This document shows, piece by piece, positions 10,478 through 19,320 of a stretch of DNA of 64,000 nucleotides. The notes beneath the pieces are model-generated. The model saw nothing but the letters and a program-made list of their open reading frames with translations, searched no databases and had not been told where the DNA came from. The stretch comes from an uncultured delta proteobacterium. GTDB lineage: Bacteria > Desulfobacterota > Desulfomonilia > Desulfomonilales > Desulfomonilaceae. Location of the stretch: contig CAWBKB010000007.1 in assembly GCA_963789265.1 (NCBI GenBank), forward strand, positions 32,001 through 96,000. The letters run 5' to 3'. The translations under genes were made by a program, and so were the position numbers. The number at the start of each line of letters is the position of its first letter. Position 1 is the stretch's first letter.

Positions 10478-12622
10478 TCAGTAGCCGCGATATTCGTTTT
10501 CGAGCGCGGCTTGGATCTTGGCCGCTTGCTGTCTCAACCTGCCGTAAGTCTGCGCATTATGTCCGGAATGACATCTTATATCATCGCCTTCCAGAAGGCC
10601 TGCCACTAACATCATGCTCCTGACTACGGTCGTCGCGCCTGCCGGAACCATGTAATCCATTTCCGTTAGATGGCTGAGCTCAGAAGTCAGAAATGACCTT
10701 GCTTCCCAACTGAGGCAAGGAGATTTACCATTGAGAGCGAGTGTAATGAGGCTGTAGAGGCTGGGATCGGGATGGCGTCGCACATAGTTTTGCAATCGGA
10801 TCAACAATTCAGGAGACACGGTTCCGGAAAAGAATTGTGACATCACCGCCTCACTTACCAATCGTTTGTCATCCGACCGATACTGTAACCCTTTCAGACT
10901 CAGGGATCGGAACATCGGACCGAATCTTTCAGAATTCGATCTTGTAAGTAGCAGGAATTCTGCGTCCTTGTAAATGCAGGCCCATTGCCTTGTCTCCATG
11001 AGCCGCGTGGCCAGGTCAAAATCGGCGGCATTGGTTGCGAGCAAAGCGTACGAGACCTGATGACTGTCAAGAATCTCGAGTGTCCCAGGTATGTCCTGGG
11101 GCCTGGAATGCATGATTGAGAAGTAAGAAGCAATAACCCGGTCGGAATAGAAGCTCTGGTCCCTCGCGTCCATAAAGACCTTCATTTCAGGATCGTTGAA
11201 CAACAAGAACGCAGCCGCGGTCCAGCTACTCAAGATCCTTCCTCGGATGCCGTTATCCTTCATGAACCGAGCCACTCCCATGTCGTAGGCATCGAAGCTC
11301 ATTAACTGGCTTACCACAGGTCTGTCGGGACGCATGGGATTGGAAGGCATGTAAGGAACAACTGTCTTGGCCAAAAATTGATCCCCCAGAAAAAACAAAC
11401 ATCCAGTCACCAACCCGGCCGCGATGAACTGATATGTATGTGCTCTGTCTGAGCCGCCCTTGTCCCCTGGCATCTTTGCCAGAGCGTCCAGATGCACCTG
11501 TATAAGTACTGCAACCGAGGGCACGAGGGCCGGGGCGGCAAAGAGAATCATCCGGCGGAACCTGAAGGCCATGATCAGCAACGTCAAAGGAACGAGGAAT
11601 TCCATCAAAGTTCCGGAGAGCAGCTTGCCTGCGAGTCGCCTGACCAGAGTTTCACGGGCTCCTCGGAATGTTAACACGGCCGCCGCCAGAACCGCGCTGA
11701 ACGCTAACAGAAAGAGGAAGGGCTTGACGTCCAGAGGTTGGAGAAAGCCGTGAAGCCAGAGTTGATTCCAATTCAGCAATGGCATCCAGTCGACCGATTG
11801 GCTGGTCATCCTGCTCGCGGACAACTGGTGAAAAGGCATCATGATATTGGCCGGGCCGTAAGGATTAACAAATGCCATGATGGGAACGGCCAGAAGAAAT
11901 GTAGTTACCCAGCCACTCACATCACCCTTATCGGTGTATTCGACTAAAGAGGCCGGCATACCGGAGTGATTCTCGGACGACAGCGCCAGGTTCTTATTCG
12001 GCCCAGAGATCCATCTAAGAGTTAAGTAAGCCGGCAATTTGCTCTTGAACAAAAGCTCCACCAGGAGGCGAAGTCCCAGGAGCGCAAAACCCAGCATGAA
12101 TGACCCGTGGGAATTACACCAGAGCGCCAGGATAACCAGACAACCAATCTGCCTCCACCTGCCCCATGTAATCGGCGCACACAAAGTCGCTACAATGGCC
12201 AGAAAGTAGAGAAGTCCAAAATCCTCCGCGCGAATTTCGAGAAAAGGAGCCAAGGCCAGGGTGCCAAGAACTAATGCCGCCAGAGACGATTCCAAACCAG
12301 CGCCCAGGCTGCGGCATCGGAAGTAGAGGATTACCAGGCAAAGTGTCAACAGCAGCGCTTTAAGCAGTACCGGTCCAAGGTCGTGCAGCCCCAAATACGA
12401 CAGGTAGTAAATCAGGTGCGCTAACCAGGACTGATCCACCCAGATCTTGCCGGGCATGGTGAAAGACCACTGATCGGGTTTTGCCAGGAGACCCGCCATG
12501 GTGGCTCGCCCGGAACATAGCGCCACGAAAAGGTCCTCGTTAAGAAAACGCATTCCGAGAGCGATGAGGAACGAAAGCCCCAGACACGAAATAAGTGAGG
12601 TTCGAATCCAGAATCGCACCAA
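10478..12622 (-). CDS. Polytopic membrane protein, GT-C-like
   Basis: Pattern DLFVALCSGR..DQWSFT..WVDQSWL..LWCNSHGSF..VFMDAR; many TM helices plus a periplasmic C-terminal domain. Confidence 0.7.
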   Translation of the reverse strand: MVRFWIRTSLISCLGLSFLIALGMRFLNEDLFVALCSGRATMAGLLAKPDQWSFTMPGKIWVDQSWLAHLIYYLSYLGLHDLGPVLLKALLLTLCLVILYFRCRSLGAGLESSLAALVLGTLALAPFLEIRAEDFGLLYFLAIVATLCAPITWGRWRQIGCLVILALWCNSHGSFMLGFALLGLRLLVELLFKSKLPAYLTLRWISGPNKNLALSSENHSGMPASLVEYTDKGDVSGWVTTFLLAVPIMAFVNPYGPANIMMPFHQLSASRMTSQSVDWMPLLNWNQLWLHGFLQPLDVKPFLFLLAFSAVLAAAVLTFRGARETLVRRLAGKLLSGTLMEFLVPLTLLIMAFRFRRMILFAAPALVPSVAVLIQVHLDALAKMPGDKGGSDRAHTYQFIAAGLVTGCLFFLGDQFLAKTVVPYMPSNPMRPDRPVVSQLMSFDAYDMGVARFMKDNGIRGRILSSWTAAAFLLFNDPEMKVFMDARDQSFYSDRVIASYFSIMHSRPQDIPGTLEILDSHQVSYALLATNAADFDLATRLMETRQWACIYKDAEFLLLTRSNSERFGPMFRSLSLKGLQYRSDDKRLVSEAVMSQFFSGTVSPELLIRLQNYVRRHPDPSLYSLITLALNGKSPCLSWEARSFLTSELSHLTEMDYMVPAGATTVVRSMMLVAGLLEGDDIRCHSGHNAQTYGRLRQQAAKIQAALENEYRGY

Positions 12623-12714
12623 TTAATTGCCCTGTGGATTTGCCAGGCGTGTGTTTTTTCACACCGCCGGGAATGAACCTGAGTTGGCTCTTTCACGCGC
12701 TCCTGACGGATTGG

Positions 12715-12893
12715 TTCACCGCGGAGATCGCTGAGAACGCAGAGAATTTGGCTACGGGTCTATCCACTGAAGCTCCTCGAAGCTCTGTTTGCAATAGTGA
12801 GGGCAATTTCAGCCTGACCGTGCGCATACAGCGCTTGCATGACCGTGAATGAGCTATCCTTTTTCTCTGCGATCTCGGCGCTCTCTGCGGTGA
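12715..12893. repeat. TCACCGCAGAG-type inverted repeat pair
   Basis: TTCACCGCGGAGATCGCTGAGAACGCAGAGAA and TTCTCTGCGATCTCGGCGCTCTCTGCGGTGA; partial copy near 18695. Confidence 0.7.
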
Positions 12894-12936
12894 GTCTTGA
12901 TCGCTCGTTAAAAGCAGACAGGCATCTAACGGTCAC

Positions 12937-14571
12937 TCACTTTTTAGCGTGATTCATCTTCTCGCGTATGGCTTCTTGCAGTTCCTCCGGCCGACAATCC
13001 GCGCCGTACAATCGGGCTTCGCGGCAATGTTCCAAGGCTTTCTTGTAGGAGGCTTGAAAAAAGCGAATTTTGGCCAATGCCAGGTGCGGCTCACCGAACC
13101 GAGGGTTTTTTTGAATGCATTTTTTAAAATACTCTACGGCAGCATCCAGCCGGCCTTGCTTCATCATAATGATGCCTAAATTGTTGTACGCTTGGTAAAG
13201 GTTTTCATCCACAGCCACAGCTTTTCGGTATTCGGTAGCAGCCTCCGAAATTCGTCCCTTGTCGTCAAGATAATGAGCGTAATTGTAATGGGCTGTGACA
13301 CTAGCCGGATACTGGGCTATGACATTTCTCCACAGAGTTTCTCCGTTATCCCAAACCGGCATTAAGCGGATGGTAATTATACTCAGCACAAAAACAGAGA
13401 TCGCTGTGAAGACGGCCCTAGCACAAACGGCGTTTTGCGTCTTCCATCGGCTGATGAGATTATCGGCCACCAGCACTGCCGACAACGAGGCGCCGACAAT
13501 GGCCAAATACTGGTAGTGGTCGGCCACCCAGAGTTCATTCATGCCCACAAAAGGAACGATACCCGATGACGGAATCAAATTCAAAACGTAAAAGCTGACC
13601 CCCCATAGAATGCCCCAAAGCGGAACCAGACGATGCATGGCCAACAAAAGAATCCCCACTATGACCAAGACCCCTGCTGGAATCCACAAAAGAATGGGTG
13701 CGGGGTGAATCCCCGGGGGCGGATAAATGAGACTTAGGCCGGAGGGGAAAATAAATTTCCCCAATAAAAAGCATGTCTTAAACGGGAAGAGCAGAAGTCT
13801 GTCCCACAGCGGCGGCGCATTCACGACCGCACCTTCTGTGTTGGTTCCCAGGACTGTCCACAAAATGCCGATGACAAGGACTGGCGTTGCCCTCCACAGT
13901 GAGCGAATCGTCGGTTTCCTGTCGTACAAGAACAGGTCCGTCATCATCATGCACGGGCCGAAAACGACTGCTGACGGTTTAGAAAGGAGGCTCAGACAAT
14001 ACGTGACTACCGCTCCCCAATATAAGCCCTTTCTTTCCGTCTGTCGGTATCGGGAATAACAGAGAAGCCCTATCAAGAAAAAAAAGCCCATGAGCAGATT
14101 CTTGCGCTCCGGGATCCATGCCACCGTGCTCACCTGCAACGGGTGGATCGCGAAAAGCGCGGCCACAGTGAACGAAACCCACAGGCTGAACCCAAAGCTC
14201 CTTATGAGCCACAGTACCAGGATTGAATTAATAATATGGAACGCTAGACTAGTGCTCTTAAGGACCGTATCACTCCTTCCAATAGCTTTCCCCAGCCAGA
14301 GATCCGCCATAATGCTCACAGCCGGCAGAGGAGCATAATAGCCTACTTGTCTGGAACGGGCCTCGCCCCATGTGAGGTCCCAGGTGAATATTCTCTTTAA
14401 GGTTTGTAAACTGGGGTTCTTTACCGCCTGTACCCATAAGACATCGTCATAGTTGGCAATTTCCTGGTATGGCGCCCTGTGATAGACAGCTAGATTAAGG
14501 ATCACGAGCGATAAGATCGCAATTAGGGTCAGTTTTTGAGGGGAAATGGAATTTCGTTGCTTGTAGTCCAT
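12937..14571 (-). CDS. TMTC-like GT-C + TPR protein
   Basis: NYDD in the first loop, HPLQVSTVAWIPERK, LLSKPSAV, ADHYQYL, TPRs. Confidence 0.87.
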   Translation of the reverse strand: MDYKQRNSISPQKLTLIAILSLVILNLAVYHRAPYQEIANYDDVLWVQAVKNPSLQTLKRIFTWDLTWGEARSRQVGYYAPLPAVSIMADLWLGKAIGRSDTVLKSTSLAFHIINSILVLWLIRSFGFSLWVSFTVAALFAIHPLQVSTVAWIPERKNLLMGFFFLIGLLCYSRYRQTERKGLYWGAVVTYCLSLLSKPSAVVFGPCMMMTDLFLYDRKPTIRSLWRATPVLVIGILWTVLGTNTEGAVVNAPPLWDRLLLFPFKTCFLLGKFIFPSGLSLIYPPPGIHPAPILLWIPAGVLVIVGILLLAMHRLVPLWGILWGVSFYVLNLIPSSGIVPFVGMNELWVADHYQYLAIVGASLSAVLVADNLISRWKTQNAVCARAVFTAISVFVLSIITIRLMPVWDNGETLWRNVIAQYPASVTAHYNYAHYLDDKGRISEAATEYRKAVAVDENLYQAYNNLGIIMMKQGRLDAAVEYFKKCIQKNPRFGEPHLALAKIRFFQASYKKALEHCREARLYGADCRPEELQEAIREKMNHAKK

Positions 14572-14673
14572 GAAAATGCCCAGCCGTCCGGATTGGTTCG
14601 AAAGAGATCTATTCGAACTGGAGCCATTTGCTCGTTTCCACGAAAAGTAGAGGGCTTACGAGCGGCGAAAGAT

Positions 14674-14865
14674 TGTCATTGCGAGCGCCTCGTCCCGCGA
14701 GACGAAGCAATCTCTTCCTCTGAACGCCGCTTAGATTGCCGGTGGAACGGGCATCTTGCCGGTCGTCCATAATAGACAGGCAGTCCCGCGAGGCATGGGA
14801 CTGTCCCACTATTCACTCCTCGCAATGACATGGACAGAAGGTCCCCACCGTAAGTAAATAGGCAC
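14674..14865. repeat. Nested repeat: TGTCATTGCGAG doublet whose right arm is interrupted by other REP hairpins
   Basis: Left arm 14674-14714; right arm AGATTGC...CTCCTCGCAATGACA is split by GGTGGAACGGGCATCTTGCCGGTC and GGCAGTCCCGCG..GGGACTGTCCCACT. Confidence 0.75.
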
Positions 14866-14872
14866 ATCTTCG

Positions 14873-17191
14873 CTACTTTCCGGGAATTCTTTTCAAGGTG
14901 TCAGCAGAACACGGGATTCCCAATCTGCTATTTTTGGAGCAGAATTTCTCAGCCTCTTCGTAGAGCTTCAAATCGATCAGAGCGTTCGCCAGATTTTCCA
15001 CAACGCCGTGGAAAACCGGCTGAATCTTATATGCTGTCCGAAACTGGGCCAGAGCCCGGCTGTAGTTACCCTTTGCCGCGTAGGCAGCACCCAGGATATT
15101 ATATGCGTTGGCGTCGCCCACCAGGCTCACAGCAGTTTCTAGAAGCGGGATTGCAGCATCGGGTAGGCCCCTTGATAGGAGAATGGCCCCTTTCTGGATG
15201 TATGGTTCGGGCCAGAAAGGTTCGAGTTGGATAGCTCGTGTATATTCAGCCAAGGCATCATCTTTTTTGCCCTGGTAATAGCGAAGCAGACCCAGTTGCC
15301 CGTGAAGCTTCCCCGAGCCCGGGTTGCTCATTATCGATTTTTTCAGGAACCGGATGGCTTGATCCTGTTTTCCCTCTTTCCACAGGATTTCCGAAAACAT
15401 GATTCGGGCGTCATCGTACGCCGGATTGATCTGAAACGCCTTTTCATACATTTTCTTTGCGTTTGGCTCATCACCGATCAACCGATACACTTCCCCCAGG
15501 TTAAAATATGGGATATCCATGTTCGGCGACAGTTCCGAGGCTTTTCGGAACAGACCGAGGGCTCTGTCGTATTCTCCCCTCGAAATAAGAAGATTTCCGA
15601 GATTGTTATTGGCAGCGAATGAATTCGGGTTATCCTTCAATGTTGCCTCCCACAGGGAAAGCGGATCTCGCCATAGCCAGGTCTGGCGCACCGATGCAAC
15701 ACCCAGCGCCGCGACCCACAGGTAGAGAGCAACCATAAGCAATTTTCCGGAAGTGGAATCAGCACCCAGCTTGTAGAACAGTTGCGAGAGGAGACGCGCA
15801 ATAATCAGTGCCACTCCAACCATCGATAAGTACAAGAAATGGTCTGCCACAAAGGAATGGTTCATATAACCAAATGGAATCATGCCCGAGACCAGAACAA
15901 GATTAAACACGAAGAAAAGCATGCCCCATAAGATCCATTTGTCGATGCGTTTTCGAAAATAGATGACCAGGACCGCCACAGCGATGGCTGCTGCCAAGAG
16001 AAAGGAAAACCAGGGGATGTGCGCCGCCACATCCCATTTGGGATAGATAGGAAAAAGTTTTAGAGGAAGCAAGATCTTGCTGATGTAGAACCAGAAAGCA
16101 CCTGCCGAGATAAGGGGTCGATAGGGCCACGCGGGGAGAATTCCGCTATAAGTTTTTTCGGTGCCGATGACGTAAGCGCCCCAGGCTAATGCCATCACAA
16201 AGAGTGCAACTAAGAGACCGATCACTCTTCTCCGCTTGAATTGATCGTACCCAAAGACAACAAGCAACGCAGCCAACACCACCGGTAGAGTTACAGCGGA
16301 AGGTTTGGACAGCAGGCCTGCAGCAAAACAGACGATCACGCCCAAGAGATATCGTGACGGTTTATCCGTAGAGGCAGCGGGTCCTCCAGGGGCATCAAAG
16401 TCCCCCTTTTCTAAAGGGGGATTTAGGGGGATTTTCAAGGGGTTATCCCAAAATCCCCCCTGTCCCCCCTTTACGAAAGGGGGGGACCCAGTATTCCGCC
16501 GGGTTAAGTTGGTCTGTGCGACGTTTGACACAGGATCGTCCGCGGTGCATGTTTGAAACTCCGCCGGCAGGGACGCCGACTCTACTGGGCTAATGGTAGG
16601 ACCGGCCTCCGTGCCGGTCGACTTACAATTGGCCTGCGTGCCGGTCGAATCAGAGAGATATTTCAGAAACAGCATGACGGACGCCAGGTAGAATAGAGTC
16701 GCCAGGAGGTTCTTCCGCTCCGCGACCCACGCGACCGTCCCCACCTGAACCGGATGAAGCGCAAAGATCAGAGCCCCTATGAATGCAGGTCTCCTGCCTG
16801 TCCCGACCATGAGCAATAGTAGGAGTACCAGCACTGAGTTAGCTATGTGGTAGACGACATTCATAAGCTTGGAGACCCCTGGACTCGGCTGGTCCGGCGA
16901 GGTCGAGAAGAGCTGGTCCGCCATGAGGCTCAGACTTTGAAGCGGGTTGTAGTAAACTTCTCCCGTGTACTGAAGCTTGAAGTCCGTGACAATTCTCCAA
17001 GCTCGCTGCCACCCGGGTTTCCAAACCGCAGCAACGAATTTTTCGTCGTCCCAACCTGAGAAGTGCTGGTTGATCACCGGCACGTACGTGGCGGCAGTAA
17101 TGATAATAAGGAGTATTATAGCGACCGTGCGCTCAGACTTCGCAGATCGGTCATGCGAGAGATTTGTCGAGGTTGAAAAGCTGGATGAGAT
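14873..17191 (-). CDS. TMTC-like GT-C + TPR protein with an in-frame repeat-derived insertion; probable ATC start at 17191
   Basis: GWDD, HPVQVGTVAWVAERK, LLSKPSAVTLP, ADHFLYL, TPRs; the first TM helix lies upstream of the GTG at 17083. Confidence 0.85.
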   Translation of the reverse strand: MSSSFSTSTNLSHDRSAKSERTVAIILLIIITAATYVPVINQHFSGWDDEKFVAAVWKPGWQRAWRIVTDFKLQYTGEVYYNPLQSLSLMADQLFSTSPDQPSPGVSKLMNVVYHIANSVLVLLLLLMVGTGRRPAFIGALIFALHPVQVGTVAWVAERKNLLATLFYLASVMLFLKYLSDSTGTQANCKSTGTEAGPTISPVESASLPAEFQTCTADDPVSNVAQTNLTRRNTGSPPFVKGGQGGFWDNPLKIPLNPPLEKGDFDAPGGPAASTDKPSRYLLGVIVCFAAGLLSKPSAVTLPVVLAALLVVFGYDQFKRRRVIGLLVALFVMALAWGAYVIGTEKTYSGILPAWPYRPLISAGAFWFYISKILLPLKLFPIYPKWDVAAHIPWFSFLLAAAIAVAVLVIYFRKRIDKWILWGMLFFVFNLVLVSGMIPFGYMNHSFVADHFLYLSMVGVALIIARLLSQLFYKLGADSTSGKLLMVALYLWVAALGVASVRQTWLWRDPLSLWEATLKDNPNSFAANNNLGNLLISRGEYDRALGLFRKASELSPNMDIPYFNLGEVYRLIGDEPNAKKMYEKAFQINPAYDDARIMFSEILWKEGKQDQAIRFLKKSIMSNPGSGKLHGQLGLLRYYQGKKDDALAEYTRAIQLEPFWPEPYIQKGAILLSRGLPDAAIPLLETAVSLVGDANAYNILGAAYAAKGNYSRALAQFRTAYKIQPVFHGVVENLANALIDLKLYEEAEKFCSKNSRLGIPCSADTLKRIPGK

Positions 17192-17287
17192 CGTGGGCCT
17201 CCTTTGAATGATATTTCTGGGCTAATTCTTAGGTTCCACGGATCGGTGGGACGGGCATCCTGCCCGTCTCAGGATGACAGGCAGGAT

Positions 17288-17498
17288 GAAACTGTCTCAA
17301 AACCTCCTGAACAGGACAACATCGTAACACGAAATCCCCTCACCCTGTCCCTCTCCCGAAGGGCGAGGGGACTCCAATAGCCTCTTTGGTACAGCTCCCT
17401 CTCCCTCTGGGAGAGGGTTGGGGTGAGGGCAACAACTATACGAATGAGACCTAATCGTGGCACGATGTTGGGCATCAAGATAGTTTTGAGACAGTTTC
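17288..17498. mobile_element. 211-bp MITE with perfect 16-bp TIRs and GGAT target-site duplication, inserted into a REP
   Basis: GGAT-GAAACTGTCTCAAAAC ... GTTTTGAGACAGTTTC-GGAT; internal CCCTCACCC..CCCTCTCCC..GGGAGAGGG doublet. Confidence 0.85.
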
Positions 17499-17672
17499 GG
17501 ATGCCCGTCTCACTGAATTTTCACGTCTCCATATCCCAACTGCTCATTCCCGGTTTCCGCCATTGCCTATGGTAGTTCTTGTATAACTCTTTACCGCAAA
17601 AACTAGAAGAGCGAGAGAGAGAACCTTGTTTCAGCCCTTCCTCTCGCACTTTCCATGTACCTCGCATAACAT

Positions 17673-17705
17673 AAAAAACTTCGGGGCGTTTGATAACGCC
17701 CCGAA
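17673..17705 (-). terminator. Rho-independent terminator of the pilin gene
   Basis: TTCGGGGCGTT-loop-AACGCCCCGAA followed by a T-run on the minus strand. Confidence 0.85.
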
Positions 17706-17737
17706 CGCGAAAGAAACAGATTCACGCAGTTTGTGCG

Positions 17738-18331
17738 CTACATCGTACCAGTGATCGAGCCGCAGCTAACGGTCCCAGCGGGCGCGGAGGGTGAGCAATT
17801 TGAGGTGGTCACCATACTCGAAGTGTAACACGTCGCAGCGCGACCGCCGTAAGCGTTCCATGCTGCATTGCAGTCTCCCGTGATAGCGGGCATGTCGACG
17901 CCGCCTACTATACCGATCCGATAGAGGTAACGGTCGGTAGTGGTGCTTGTGGGATGGGATCCATTTTGAGCGCAGGCTATGAACGCTTGTGTGGTGGTAT
18001 CCGCGGTGACCCGCACATCACACTTGGCGTTAGTACCGCCCCATCCGTAATAGGGACCAACCATCCAAGGTAGCATGGTGGCCGCGAGGGCGCCGTTCGA
18101 TCCAATGAGGTTGCCGAAGTCCCCGCAGTTAAGGTCTACCAACTCATTGCCGAACCGCTCAATGGCCGCGCCAAGCTTTGAGATATCGGCGCTTGCTGCG
18201 CGGTCGCACGCGGTCCTCTTGTACGAGACATAGTACGGGATGGCGATTGCCAGGATGATACCTATAATCGCCACCACGACCATGAGCTCGATCAGTGTGA
18301 AACCCTTGACATTCTTGATCTTGCTCAGCAT
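17738..18331 (-). CDS. pilA: Type IVa major pilin-like protein
   Basis: Class III signal KG|FTLIELMVVVAIIGIILAIAIP with E5; AGGAGG RBS; own promoter and terminator; 8 Cys. Confidence 0.88.
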   Translation of the reverse strand: MLSKIKNVKGFTLIELMVVVAIIGIILAIAIPYYVSYKRTACDRAASADISKLGAAIERFGNELVDLNCGDFGNLIGSNGALAATMLPWMVGPYYGWGGTNAKCDVRVTADTTTQAFIACAQNGSHPTSTTTDRYLYRIGIVGGVDMPAITGDCNAAWNAYGGRAATCYTSSMVTTSNCSPSAPAGTVSCGSITGTM

Positions 18332-18461
18332 AAGTTCCTCCTTTTCTCTCTGATTTACCTAGTCTTTCTCCGAATTTCCGGCCTACTAATCAAGCGCAAT
18401 CCGGAGTGTCCCGGATTACGCAGTACTTATTGGCGGCCAAAGGACTGCTGGTAAAGGGTTC

Positions 18462-18477
18462 AGCAACAATTGTGCCA
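18462..18477 (-). promoter_or_regulatory. sigma54 (-24/-12) promoter of the pilin gene
   Basis: TGGCAC-AATTG-TTGCT on the minus strand, an exact consensus match. Confidence 0.88.
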
Positions 18478-18767
18478 CATACCGAACATGGTTTTTAAGT
18501 AGTGATTTCAGTCTACTCAGGACGACGCGCGTCCGGCAGATTTGGTCATCCTAAACAAAAAAAGTCACCTAAGGTTGGTATCCTGCGTAACGGACAGATA
18601 TCACGGATGTTATTTGTGTCAACTAAGTGGGCAATGCCGACGATCTTTGTCTCCGAGTGATGGCGCACTAACTCTTTACCCCGAATCAAGATTGACCGCA
18701 GAGTACGCAGAGAACGAAGATTGCTGGTTCAGCGTCATGTGAATAACCGGCGCGTATAGTGAAGTCC

Positions 18768-19182
18768 GTAGGGGCAGACCTCGTGTCTGCCCTCTTCCGG
18801 GCACCCACGAGGGGCGCCCCTACAGCGAATGCCCGCGTACCCGGGCATGACGACATGTAAGGGCGGGTTTGAAACCCGCCCCTACCAGAAACACGGTGTC
18901 ACTTCTTTGAAAGCGAATCGGTATTAATTGTCACAGACCAGAATTCCGGTCCGGTTCCCAATCCCGCGTCTCGCCGGGCCTGGGGACCGATATCTCGCAG
19001 ACTCTGCCCGTAAGCTGCGCTTATTTCAATATTATAGTCGAGGCAGCTCGCGTAGGATGCGGTGAACCCCGCGAATGCGGGGAAACCGCATCGGTCGCGG
19101 AAAACCTCGACTAGGGGGCCTTCTACCGCAGAGACGCGACAGATGCGGTTCACTCCCTGCAAGAGGGTTCACCACATCCTAC
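18768..19182. repeat. Cluster of GTAG- and CGTC-type REP hairpins with a MITE-like right end at 18899-18923
   Basis: GTAGGGGCAGACCTCGTGTCTGCCC, GGGCACCCACGAGGGGCGCCCCTAC, GGGCGGGTTTGAAACCCGCCCCTAC, GTAGGATGCGGTGAAC..CACCACATCCTAC. Confidence 0.8.
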
Positions 19183-19320
19183 ACAACTGTATAATTCACG
19201 GCGTTAAAAGCAGGCAGACTCGAAAGTCCGCCCTACAGGTCCGGTTGCAATGTCAATAGGCCCCGATGTGCTATACTAACAAAGTACGACCATGATCCGG
19301 CGGAGCGCTAATCAGCAGCC

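Noticed and set aside
17738..18331. Geobacter-type conductive short e-pilin
   Set aside because: This is a full-length ~187-aa mature pilin with a Cys-rich globular head, not a truncated pilin
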